Assembly: GCA_040954595.2 (NCBI GenBank)
Contig: CM082594.2
Location: forward strand, 11,734,985 to 11,798,984
DNA length: 64,000 bases
Direction: 5' to 3'
From: Balanoglossus misakiensis
Lineage: Eukaryota > Animalia > Hemichordata
In this document: positions 12,401-24,720 of the stretch, piece by piece
Position numbering within the stretch: the first letter of the stretch is position 1
Layout: each line of letters begins with the position of its first letter
The notes under the pieces: model-generated
Databases searched by the model: none
What the model was told of the DNA's origin: nothing
What the model saw: only the letters and a program-made list of their open reading frames with translations
Program-made: the position numbers and the translations under genes

Positions 12401-15400
12401 AGCTCAGGAAAATCGCGAAAAATCGACGATTTTTCGACTTTGCGAATTTTGAAAATTTGGTCATTTTTTGAAAAAACCATGGGTTATAGCTCAGGAAAAT
12501 CGCGAAAAATCGACGATTTTTCGACTTTGCGAATTTTGAAAATTTGGTCATTTTTTGAAAAAACCATGGGTTATAGCTCAGGAAAATCGCGAAAAATCGA
12601 CGATTTTTCGACTTTGCGAATTTTGAAAATTTGGTCATTTTTTGAAAAAACCATGGGTTATAGCTCAGGAAAATCGCGAAAAATCGACGATTTTTCGACT
12701 TTGCGAATTTTGAAAATTTGGTCATTTTTTGAAAAAACCATGGGTTATAGCTCAGGAAAATCGCGAAAAATCGACGATTTTTCGACTTTGCGAATTTTGA
12801 AAATTTGGTCATTTTTTGAAAAAACCATGGGTTATAGCTCAGGAAAATCGCGAAAAATCGACGATTTTTCGACTTTGCGAATTTTGAAAATTTGGTCATT
12901 TTTTGAAAAAACCATGGGTTATAGCTCAGGAAAATCGCGAAAAATCGACGATTTTTCGACTTTGCGAATTTTGAAAATTTGGTCATTTTTTGAAAAAACC
13001 ATGGGTTATAGCTCAGGAAAATCGCGAAAAATCGACGATTTTTCGACTTTGCGAATTTTCAAAATTTGGTCATTTTTTGAAAAAACCATGGGTTATAGCT
13101 CAGGAAAATCGCGAAAAATCGACGATTTTTCGACTTTGCGAATTTTCAAAATTTGGTCATTTTTTGAAAAAACCATGGGTTATAGCTCAGGAAAATCGCG
13201 AAAAATCGACGATTTTTCGACTTTGCGAATTTTGAAAATTTGGTCATTTTTTGAAAAAACCATGGGTTATAGCTCAGGAAAATCGCGAAAAATCGACGAT
13301 TTTTCGACTTTGCGAATTTTGAAAATTTGGTCATTTTTTGAAAAAACCATGGGTTATAGCTCAGGAAAATCGCGAAAAATCGACGATTTTTCGACTTTGC
13401 GAATTTTGAAAATTTGGTCATTTTTTGAAAAAACCATGGGTTATAGCTCAGGAAAATCGCGAAAAATCGACGATTTTTCGACTTTGCGAATTTTGAAAAT
13501 TTGGTCATTTTTTGAAAAAACCATGGGTTATAGCTCAGGAAAATCGCGAAAAATCGACGATTTTTCGACTTTGCGAATTTTGAAAATTTGGTCATTTTTT
13601 GAAAAAACCATGGGTTATAGCTCAGGAAAATCGCGAAAAATCGACGATTTTTCGACTTTGCGAATTTTGAAAATTTGGTCATTTTTTGAAAAAACCATGG
13701 GTTATAGCTCAGGAAAATCGCGAAAAATCGACGATTTTTCGACTTTGCGAATTTTCAAAATTTGGTCATTTTTTGAAAAAACCATGGGTTATAGCTCAGG
13801 AAAATCGCGAAAAATCGACGATTTTTCGACTTTGCGAATTTTCAAAATTTGGTCATTTTTTGAAAAAACCATGGGTTATAGCTCAGGAAAATCGCGAAAA
13901 ATCGACGATTTTTCGACTTTGCGAATTTTGAAAATTTGGTCATTTTTTGAAAAAACCATGGGTTATAGCTCAGGAAAATCGCGAAAAATCGACGATTTTT
14001 CGACTTTGCGAATTTTGAAAGTTTGGTCATTTTTTGAAAAAACCATGGGTTATAGCTCAGGAAAATCGCGAAAAATCGACGATTTTTCGACTTTGCGAAT
14101 TTTGAAAATTTTGTCATTTTTTGAAAAAACCATGGGTTATAGCTCAGGAAAATCGCGAAAAATCGACGATTTTTCGACTTTGCGAATTTTGAAAATTTGG
14201 TCATTTTTTGAAAAAAACATGGGTTATAGCTCAGGAAAATCGCGAAAAATCGACGATTTTTCGACTTTGCGAATTTTGAAAATTTGGTCATTTTTTGAAA
14301 AAACCATGGGTTATAGCTCAGGAAAATCGCGAAAAATCGACGATTTTTCGACTTTGCGAATTTTGAAAATTTGGTCATTTTTTGAAAAAACCATGGGTTA
14401 TAGCTCAGGAAAATCGCGAAAAATCGACGATTTTTCGACTTTGCGAATTTTCAAAATTTGGTCATTTTTTGAAAAAACCATGGGTTATAGCTCAGGAAAA
14501 TCGCGAAAAATCGACGATTTTTCGACTTTGCGAATTTTCAAAATTTGGTCATTTTTTGAAAAAACCATGGGTTATAGCTCAGGAAAATCGCGAAAAATCG
14601 ACGATATTTCGACTTTTGGAATTTTCAAAATTTGGTCATTTTTTGAAAAAACCATGGGTTATAGCTCAGGAAAATCGCGAAAAATCGACGATTTTTCGAC
14701 TTTGCGAATTTTGAAAATTTGGTCATTTTTTGAAAAAACCATGGGTTATAGCTCAGGAAAATCGCGAAAAATCGACGAATTTTCGACTTTGCGAATTTTG
14801 AAAATTTGGTCATTTTTTGAAAAAACCATGGGTTATAGCTCAGGAAAATCGCGAAAAATCGACGATTTTTCGACTTTGCGAATTTTGAAAATTTGGTCAT
14901 TTTTTGAAAAAACCATGGGTTATAGCTCAGGAAAATCGCGAAAAATCGACGATTTTTCGACTTTGCGAATTTTGAAAATTTGGTCATTTTTTGAAAAAAC
15001 CATGGGTTATAGCTCAGGAAAATCGCGAAAAATCGACGATTTTTCGACTTTGCGAATTTTGAAAATTTGGTCATTTTTTGAAAAAACCATGGGTTATAGC
15101 TCAGGAAAATCGCGAAAAATCGACGATTTTTCGACTTTGCGAATTTTGAAAATTTGGTCATTTTTTGAAAAAACCATGGGTTATAGCTCAGGAAAATCGC
15201 GAAAAATCGACGATTTTTCGACTTTGCGAATTTTGAAAATTTGGTCATTTTTTGAAAAAACCATGGGTTATAGCTCAGGAAAATCGCGAAAAATCGACGA
15301 TTTTTCGACTTTGCGAATTTTGAAAATTTGGTCATTTTTTGAAAAAACCATGGGTTATAGCTCAGGAAAATCGCGAAAAATCGACGATTTTTCGACTTTG

Positions 15401-18400
15401 CGAATTTTGAAAATTTGGTCATTTTTTGAAAAAACCATGGGTTATAGCTCAGGAAAATCGCGAAAAATCGACGATTTTTCGACTTTGCGAATTTTGAAAA
15501 TTTGGTCATTTTTTGAAAAAACCATGGGTTATAGCTCAGGAAAATCGCGAAAAATCGACGATTTTTCGACTTTGCGAATTTTGAAAATTTGGTCATTTTT
15601 TGAAAAAACCATGGGTTATAGCTCAGGAAAATCGCGAAAAATCGACGATTTTTCGACTTTGCGAATTTTGAAAATTTGGTCATTTTTTGAAAAAACCATG
15701 GGTTATAGCTCAGGAAAATCGCGAAAAATCGACGATTTTTCGACTTTGCGAATTTTGAAAATTTGGTCATTTTTTGAAAAAACCATGGGTTATAGCTCAG
15801 GAAAATCGCGAAAAATCGACGATTTTTCGACTTTGCGAATTTTGAAAATTTGGTCATTTTTTGAAAAAACCATGGGTTATAGCTCAGGAAAATCGCGAAA
15901 AATCGACGATTTTTCGACTTTGCGAATTTTGAAAATTTGGTCATTTTTTGAAAAAACCATGGGTTATAGCTCAGGAAAATCGCGAAAAATCGACGATTTT
16001 TCGACTTTGCGAATTTTGAAAATTTGGTCATTTTTTGAAAAAACCATGGGTTATAGCTCAGGAAAATCGCGAAAAATCGACGATTTTTCGACTTTGCGAA
16101 TTTTGAAAATTTGGTCATTTTTTGAAAAAACCATGGGTTATAGCTCAGGAAAATCGCGAAAAATCGACGATTTTTCGACTTTGCGAATTTTGAAAATTTG
16201 GTCATTTTTTGAAAAAACCATGGGTTATAGCTCAGGAAAATCGCGAAAAATCGACGATTTTTCGACTTTGCGAATTTTGAAAATTTGGTCATTTTTTGAA
16301 AAAACCATGGGTTATAGCTCAGGAAAATCGCGAAAAATCGACGATTTTTCGACTTTGCGAATTTTGAAAATTTGGTCATTTTTTGAAAAAACCATGGGTT
16401 ATAGCTCAGGAAAATCGCGAAAAATCGACGATTTTTCGACTTTGCGAATTTTGAAAATTTGGTCATTTTTTGAAAAAACCATGGGTTATAGCTCAGGAAA
16501 ATCGCGAAAAATCGACGATTTTTCGACTTTGCGAATTTTGAAAATTTGGTCATTTTTTGAAAAAACCATGGGTTATAGCTTAGGAAAATCGCGAAAAATC
16601 GACGATTTTTCGACTTTGCGAATTTTGAAAATTTGGTCATTTTTTGAAAAAACCATGGGTTATAGCTCAGGAAAATCGCGAAAAATCGACGATTTTTCGA
16701 CTTTGCGAATTTTGAAAATTTGGTCATTTTTTGAAAAAACCATGGGTTATAGCTCAGGAAAATCGCGAAAAATCGACGATTTTTCGACTTTGCGAATTTT
16801 GAAAATTTGGTCATTTTTTGAAAAAACCATGGGTTATAGCTCAGGAAAATCGCGAAAAATCGACGATTTTTCGACTTTGCGAATTTTGAAAATTTGGTCA
16901 TTTTTTGAAAAAACCATGGGTTATAGCTCAGGAAAATCGCGAAAAATCGACGATTTTTCGACTTTGCGAATTTTGAAAATTTGGTCATTTTTTGAAAAAA
17001 CCATGGGTTATAGCTCAGGAAAATCGCGAAAAATCGACGATTTTTCGACTTTGCGAATTTTGAAAATTTGGTCATTTTTTGAAAAAACCATGGGTTATAG
17101 CTCAGGAAAATCGCGAAAAATCGACGATTTTACGACTTTGCGAATTTTGAAAGTTTGGTCATTTTTTGAAAAAACCATGGGTTATAGCTCAGGAAAATCG
17201 CGAAAAATCGACGATTTTTCGACTTTGCGAATTTTGAAAATTTGGTCATTTTTTGAAAAAACCATGGGTTATAGCTCAGGAAAATCGCAAAAAATCGACG
17301 ATTTTTCGACTTTGCGAATTTTGAAAATTTGGTCATTTTTTGAAAAAACCATGGGTTATAGCTCAGGAAAATCGCGAAAAATCGACGATTTTTCGACTTT
17401 GCGAATTTTCAAAATTTGGTCATTTTTTGAAAAAACCATGGGTTATAGCTCAGGAAAATCGCGAAAAATCGACGATTTTTCGACTTTGCGAATTTTGAAA
17501 ATTTGGTCATTTTTTGAAAAAACCATGGGTTATAGCTCAGGAAAATCGCGAAAAATCGACGATTTTTCGACTTTGCGAATTTTGAAAATTTGGTCATTTT
17601 TTGAAAAAACCATGGGTTATAGCTCAGGAAAATCGCGAAAAATCGACGATTTTTCGACTTTGCGAATTTTGAAAATTTGGTCATTTTTTGAAAAAACCAT
17701 GGGTTATAGCTCAGGAAAATCGCGAAAAATCGACGATTTTTCGACTTTGCGAATTTTGAAAATTTGGTCATTTTTTGAAAAAACCATGGGTTATAGCTCA
17801 GGAAAATCGCGAAAAATCGACGATTTTTCGACTTTGCGAATTTTGAAAATTTGGTCATTTTTTGAAAAAACCATGGGTTATAGCTCAGGAAAATCGCGAA
17901 AAATCGACGATTTTACGACTTTGCGAATTTTGAAAGTTTGGTCATTTTTTGAAAAAACCATGGGTTATAGCTCAGGAAAATCGCGAAAAATCGACGATTT
18001 TTCGACTTTGCGAATTTTGAAAGTTTGGTCATTTTTTGAAAAAAACATGGGTTATAGCTCAGGAAAATCGCGAAAAATCGACGATTTTTCGACTTTGCGA
18101 ATTTTGAAAATTTGGTCATTTTTTGAAAAAACCATGGGTTATAGCTCAGGAAAATCGCGAAAAATCGACGATTTTTCGACTTTGCGAATTTTCAAAATTT
18201 GGTCATTTTTTGAAAAAACCATGGGTTATAGCTCAGGAAAATCGCGAAAAATCGACGATTTTTCGACTTTGCGAATTTTCAAAATTTGGTCATTTTTTGA
18301 AAAAACCATGGGTTATAGCTCAGGAAAATCGCGAAAAATCGACGATTTTTCGACTTTGCGAATTTTCAAAATTTGGTCATTTTTTGAAAAAACCATGGGT

Positions 18401-20465
18401 TATAGCTCAGGAAAATCGCGAAAAATCGACGATTTTTCGACTTTGCGAATTTTCAAAATTTGGTCATTTTTTGAAAAAACCATGGGTTATAGCTCAGGAA
18501 AATCGCGAAAAATCGACGATTTTTCGACTTTGCGAATTTTCAAAATTTGGTCATTTTTTGAAAAAACCATGGGTTATAGCTCAGGAAAATCGCGAAAAAT
18601 CGACGATTTTTCGACTTTGCGAATTTTCAAAATTTGGTCATTTTTTGAAAAAACCATGGGTTATAGCTCAGGAAAATCGCGAAAAATCGACGATTTTTCG
18701 ACTTTGCGAATTTTGAAAATTTGGTCATTTTTTGAAAAAACCATGGGTTATAGCTCAGGAAAATCGCGAAAAATCGACGATTTTTCGACTTTGCGAATTT
18801 TCAAAATTTGGTCATTTTTTGAAAAAACCATGGGTTATAGCTCAGGAAAATCGCGAAAAATCGACGATTTTTCGACTTTGCGAATTTTCAAAATTTGGTC
18901 ATTTTTTGAAAAAACCATGGGTTATAGCTCAGGAAAATCGCGAAAAATCGACGATTTTTCGACTTTGCGAATTTTCAAAATTTGGTCATTTTTTGAAAAA
19001 ACCATGGGTTATAGCTCAGGAAAATCGCGAAAAATCGACGATTTTTCGACTTTGCGAATTTTCAAAATTTGGTCATTTTTTGAAAAAACCATGGGTTATT
19101 GCTCAGGAAAATCGCGAAAAATCGACGATTTTTCGACTTTGCGAATTTTCAAAATTTGGTCATTTTTTGAAAAAACCATGGGTTATAGCTCAGGAAAATC
19201 GCGAAAAATCGACGATTTTTCGACTTTGCGAATTTTCAAAATTTGGTCATTTTTTGAAAAAACCATGGGTTATAGCTCAGGAAAATCGCGAAAAATCGAC
19301 GATTTTTCGACTTTGCGAATTTTCAAAATTTGGTCATTTTTTGAAAAAACCATGGGTTATAGCTCAGGAAAATCGCGAAAAATCGACGATTTTTCGACTT
19401 TGCGAATTTTCAAAATTTGGTCATTTTTTGAAAAAACCATGGGTTATAGCTCAGGAAAATCGCGAAAAATCGACGATTTTTCGACTTTGCGAATTTTGAA
19501 AATTTGGTCATTTTTTGAAAAAACCATGGGTTATAGCTCAGGAAAATCGCGAAAAATCGACGATTTTTCGACTTTGCGAATTTTCAAAATTTGGTCATTT
19601 TTTGAAAAAACCATGGGTTATAGCTCAGGAAAATCGCGAAAAATCGACGATTTTTCGACTTTGCGAATTTTCAAAATTTGGTCATTTTTTGAAAAAACCA
19701 TGGGTTATAGCTCAGGAAAATCGCGAAAAATCGACGATTTTTCGACTTTGCGAATTTTCAAAATTTGGTCATTTTTTGAAAAAACCATGGGTTATAGCTC
19801 AGGAAAATCGCGAAAAATCGACGATTTTTCGACTTTGCGAATTTTCAAAATTTGGTCATTTTTTGAAAAAACCATGGGTTATAGCTCAGGAAAATCGCGA
19901 AAAATCGACGATTTTTCGACTTTGCGAATTTTCAAAATTTGGTCATTTTTTGAAAAAACCATGGGTTATAGCTCAGGAAAATCGCGAAAAATCGACGATT
20001 TTTCGACTTTGCGAATTTTCAAAATTTGGTCATTTTTTGAAAAAACCATGGGTTATAGCTCAGGAAAATCGCGAAAAATCGACGATTTTTCGACTTTGCG
20101 AATTTTCAAAATTTGGTCATTTTTTGAAAAAACCATGGGTTATAGCTCAGGAAAATCGCGAAAAATCGACGATTTTTCGACTTTGCGAATTTTCAAAATT
20201 TGGTCATTTTTTGAAAAAACCATGGGTTATAGCTCAGGAAAATCGCGAAAAATCGACGATTTTTCGACTTTGCGAATTTTCAAAATTTGGTCATTTTTTG
20301 AAAAAACCATGGGTTATAGCTCAGGAAAATCGCGAAAAATCGACGATTTTTCGACTTTGCGAATTTTCAAAATTTGGTCATTTTTTGAAAAAACCATGGG
20401 TTATAGCTCAGGAAAATCGCGAAAAATCGACGATTTTTCGACTTTGCGAATTTTCAAAATTTGGT

Positions 20466-20992
20466 CCTTTTTTGATAAAAACCATGGGTTATAGCTCATG
20501 AAAATCTTCCAATATCGACGATTTTTCGAGTTCGCGAATTTTCAAAATTTGGTCCTTTTTTGATAAAAACCATGGGTTATAGCTCATGAAAATCTTCCAA
20601 AATCGACGATTTTTCGAGTTCGCGAATTTTCGAAATTTGGTCCTTTTTTGATAAAAACCATGGGTTATAGCTCATGAAAATCGCGAAAAATCGACGATTT
20701 TTCGACTTTGCGAATTTTCAAAATTTGGTCATTTTTTGAAAAAACCATGGGTTATAGCTCAGGAAAATCGCGAAAAATCGACGATTTTTCGAGTTCGCGA
20801 ATTTTCAAAATTTGGTACTTTTTTGATAAAAACCATGGGTTATAGCTCATGAAAATCTTCCAAAATCGACGATTTTTCGAGTTCGCGAATTTTCGAAATT
20901 TGGTCCTTTTTTGATAAAAACCATGGGTTATAGCTCATGAAAATCGCGAAAAATCGACGATTTTTCGACTTTACGAATTTTCAAAATTTGGT
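20466..20992. repeat. Cassette of 88-bp B-type and A/B hybrid satellite monomers (also at 5312, 7493, 9499; B units again at 21864-22190)
   Basis: B monomer: ccttttttgataaaaaccatgggttatagctcatgaaaatcttccaa[a/t]atcgacgatttttcgagttcgcgaattttc[a/g]aaatttggt. The six-unit order is the same in the 7493, 9499 and 20466 cassettes. Confidence 0.93.
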
Positions 20993-22177
20993 CATTTTTT
21001 GAAAAAACCATGGGTTATAGCTCAGGAAAATCGCGAAAAATCGACGATTTTTCGACTTTGCGAATTTTGAAAATTTGGTCATTTTTTGAAAAAAACATGG
21101 GTTATAGCTCAGGAAAATCGCGAAAAATCGACGATTTTTCGACTTTGCGAATTTTCAAAATTTGGTCATTTTTTGAAAAAACCATGGGTTATAGCTCAGG
21201 AAAATCGCGAAAAATCGACGATTTTTCGACTTTGCGAATTTTTAAAAATTTGGTCATTTTTTGAAAAAACCATGGGTTATAGCTCAGGAAAATCGCGAAA
21301 AATCGACGATTTTTCGACTTTGCGAATTTTCAAAATTTGGTCATTTTTTGAAAAAACCATGGGTTATAGCTCAGGAAAATCGCGAAAAATCGACGATTTT
21401 TCGACTTTGCGAATTTTCAAAATTATGTCATTTTTTGAAAAAACCATGGGTTATAGCTCAGGAAAATCGCGAAAAATCAACGATTTTTCGACTTTGCGAA
21501 TTTTCAAAATTATGTCATTTTTTGAAAAAACCATGGGTTATAGCTCTGGAAAATCGCGAAAAATCGACGATTTTTCGACTTTGCGAATTTTCAAAATTTG
21601 GTCATTTTTTGAAAAAACCATGGGTTATAGCTCAGGAAAATCGCGAAAAATCGACGATTTTTCGACTTTGCGAATTTTCAAAATTTGGTCATTTTTTGAA
21701 AAAACCATGGGTTATAGCTCAGGAAAATCGCGAAAAATCGACGATTTTTCGACTTTGCGAATTTTCAAAATTTGGTCATTTTTTGAAAAAAACATGGGTT
21801 ATAGCTCAGGAAAATCGCGAAAAATCGACGATTTTTCGACTTTGCGAATTTTCAAAATTTGGTCCTTTTTTGATAAAAACCATGGGTTATAGTTCATGAA
21901 AATCTTCCAAAACCGACGATTTTTCGAGTTCGCGAATTTTCAAAATTTGGTCATTTTTTGAAAAAACCATGGGTTATAGCTCAGGAAAATCGCGAAAAAT
22001 CGACGATTTTTCGACTTTGCGAATTTTCAAAATTTGGTCATTTTTTGATAAAAACCATGGGTTATAGCTCATGAAAATCTTCCAAAATCGACGATTTTTC
22101 GAGTTCGTGAATTTTCGAAATGTGGTCCTTTTTTGATAAAAACCATGGGTTATAGCTCATGAAAATCTTCCAAAATC

Positions 22178-22303
22178 GACGATTTTTCGATTTTGGCGAA
22201 ATTCAGAAATTTCATGATTTTTTGAAGGTTTTCATGAGCTATAACCCATGAAAACTTTCAAAAATCGTGAAATTTCCGAAGTTCGCCTAATCGGAAAATT
22301 GTC
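22178..22303. repeat. Imperfect long inverted repeat (fold-back) terminating the satellite array
   Basis: Left arm 22178-22236 reverse-complements to catgaaaaccttcaaaaaatcatgaaatttctgaatttcgccaaaatcgaaaaatcgtc. Right arm 22247-22303 is catgaaaactttcaaaaatcgtgaaatttccgaagttcgcctaatcggaaaattgtc. The 10-nt loop agctataacc is the inverted satellite core. Confidence 0.92.
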
Positions 22304-22310
22304 AAGAGCG

Positions 22311-22375
22311 TGCTTTTCAGGCCCAAGAAATGTCCCCATGACATTTTTCATGGGTTATAGCTCCTGAAAAGTGCA
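22311..22375. repeat. Second, smaller hairpin containing the last copy of the satellite core
   Basis: Nested pairings ttttcagg/cctgaaaa, ccca/tggg and aaatgtc/gacattt. Contains catgggttatagctc at 22349-22363. Confidence 0.7.
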
Positions 22376-23748
22376 AAAGGAAAGCCCAGAAAATGTTTTG
22401 AAAGGTTGTGTGATTCAGCTAATGACTTTTAGGTAAGTAGGAGATTTACAAACTGTCAACGTTAGTCCATGTATCATATATAGTTTGCTGAAAATAAAAA
22501 CTCGTAAACTTGTTATCGGACGATATCAACTGCTAGCCACTTTCATACATTGTGATCATTACACCTAGCCTGGTATGGGGCCTTTGCATGGTTCTCTATT
22601 CTAATATACCTACAGTAACAGTCTTACATTCTTTGCTGAGACCCAAAACTACGTTACAACAGCAAAGTCGTCGAGATTTCGGGTACCACATCTTTGTCCC
22701 GTTTAACTATAATTGTTTACTCTCTGGCTTGCTAGTGTACTTACCGTATAGATGACGTCTCGTTTTCTGAAGTACACAATTGCCACCGAAAATGCGCGAA
22801 AAATAGCAATATATTTATTGCTGAAATTTTGTGTAGATTACAACAATGGTAATACAGAGAATACGTTGAATGACAGACGACTCTGTTCAAATTACATTTG
22901 TAAAACGAATCCAAAGCTTCTCTGAAATTTCATGGACGAGCATTTTTATAGCTTTTGGGGCTCAGCTTCCCATTATCTGAATCCGAGTCTAAATCCCACG
23001 CAAGTCCTGTTACAACAAAGGCCATTAACATTACGACATGATGACGTCAGTGAATGCACTTAAAATTTGCCCGAATTGTCGATCAAGCCCTTCGTGTAAA
23101 ATTTAATTTGGAGAATGAATTGTCGTGGCTACTCACGGTTTGACAATCTAACATTCTGTGTTTGACGATCCTTTATAATTTCTAAAGAGCAACTCATTGA
23201 CAACAGTTCATTATATTAAATATGGCATTCTAATATGGAAATAATGATGACAATTTTTATTCATCGCTGTCTTAGAACATTTTATTTTCCAATACAACAA
23301 CGGCACACTTTTGAATACTTTTAGTGAGCACCATTGAAGGCCTGTCAACTCAGGCGTAAACTTAATGATGGATCAAAATATTTCGATAAAACGAGGTGGA
23401 GTTGTCATCAAGATCAACGGAGACAAATTTTCTTAGATTTTCCATTTCCTTCATACTGAGAGAATTGTATGAACAGTTACGAATGTAAAAATGAAAACGT
23501 ATAGTTTCGTACAAGTTTTGAAAAAAAAACTCTCTTTTGAACAGTCTTATCGAACTCTTGTGTATATTTTTTCAGGACATTTTGTGTGAAAATTCCGCTA
23601 CAAGTATGTCGTACTGATCTTTAACATGTCTTAAGGACTTCCAAGCTATAGACAATTATCTCACTTCTATATACGTCCCGAATGGAATTTCTTGCTGTCT
23701 TATCGATGAATCCATGTCCCTCGTCAATACATACTCATCACCGCTTGA

Positions 23749-24720
23749 TTGGATTTTAATCCTCTACATAGCAAGTGTTGCCTCTAATTAGACTTCAGAA
23801 AATGACGTTTACATAATTAGATATTTATGTTGAACTATCATTACCGCGCGGTGAGCGATGTTGGACCCAAAGATATGTTGTGCATTCTGTTATCAGATTT
23901 GGTCATCGAAACTTTGCAGCGGCGACTCTATAAAAGAAGTCAATTTTGCTTTGCCACGCTATGTGATCGTGACCACATAACATGAAGCGGAAATAAGTTG
24001 ATATACGCTCAAAATTTTACGGCTCTTGGGGCATGTTTTCGGAAATTGTATTATAAGCCCTGTACTGTTTGCATCTACAGGTGGTTTTATAAAAGCAAGC
24101 GAATTTGCATACATAGAAAACGATATTTTTGTCGAATATCAAGTTATTCCAAGGAATATAATAGACTTACCGTCAGAGTTTTGAGATTCTGTTTGGATAT
24201 CTCTTGAGTGTTGGTTCTGTCTTGACATCCAGCTGTGTAAGATTGGAATTTAATCCCCTGCAGAGCAAGTGTTGTCTTTAATTAGTTTTCAAAAAATGAA
24301 ATACATAGATGTTTATGTAAAAGACTAGCATGACCGCGTGTATAGCCATATTACCCAAAGTCTCAAACAAGGTTTCCCTTCTTAAACTTTTATCATTATA
24401 TGACATATGTACTTTTAAAACAAGAAAACATTTTTGGGAGATAGGGTGATATAAGCTCAAAAGTGTAAAAGTTTATGACTGTAGAATCATGTTTTCAGAA
24501 AGTGCACAAAAAAAGCTCTATGACAGTATTTGCAGTGAAATTCGCTGTTGCTATTCCAGGATACAATATTCGATATCGACTCTGTGATCGTAGACTGTTT
24601 GTGGCAATGGAATGACTGATTTTTCCCGTGCAAATATGAAGGAATATTTGAGAGACCTACCGTCTGTGTCTTGATACTATGTCCGACAGGATGTCACTTG
24701 GTACCTGCAGCTATGTAATT
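23749..24720. repeat. Diverged ~490-bp tandem duplication
   Basis: Collinear matches: ttggattttaatcctctacatagcaagtgttg (23749) vs ttggaatttaatcccctgcagagcaagtgttg (24243); tgatatacgctcaaaa vs tgatataagctcaaaa; agacttaccgtc vs agacctaccgtc; cagctgtgtaa vs cagctatgtaa. Confidence 0.75.

Larger units (their letters stand above)
1..22190. repeat. 87-bp tandem satellite DNA array (~255 copies; continues beyond window start)
   Basis: Monomer read directly: cattttttgaaaaaaccatgggttatagctcaggaaaatcgcgaaaaatcgacgatttttcgactttgcgaatttt[c/g]aaaatttggt (87 bp). Copies are head-to-tail with no spacers and mostly identical. The 29-aa periodicity of the ORF track confirms the period. Confidence 0.99.

Noticed and set aside
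66-21899. Giant repetitive ORFs (up to 3496 aa at 10004-20494) on both strands
   Set aside because: An 87-bp unit is a multiple of 3, so any stop-free frame stays open indefinitely. Overlapping frames on both strands are open, B-type units and indels break them freely, and the peptides match no domain I recognise. Ribosome profiling or proteomics would be needed to revive this.
1-22190. CRISPR-like or guide-RNA array
   Set aside because: There are no unique spacers (units are contiguous and near-identical), no cas or other nuclease gene, and the context is a spliceosomal eukaryotic locus.
1-22190. Telomeric repeat or rDNA/5S/tRNA tandem array
   Set aside because: No TTAGGG-type unit (only a gggtta fragment), and no recognisable rRNA, 5S or tRNA sequence or Pol III A/B boxes.
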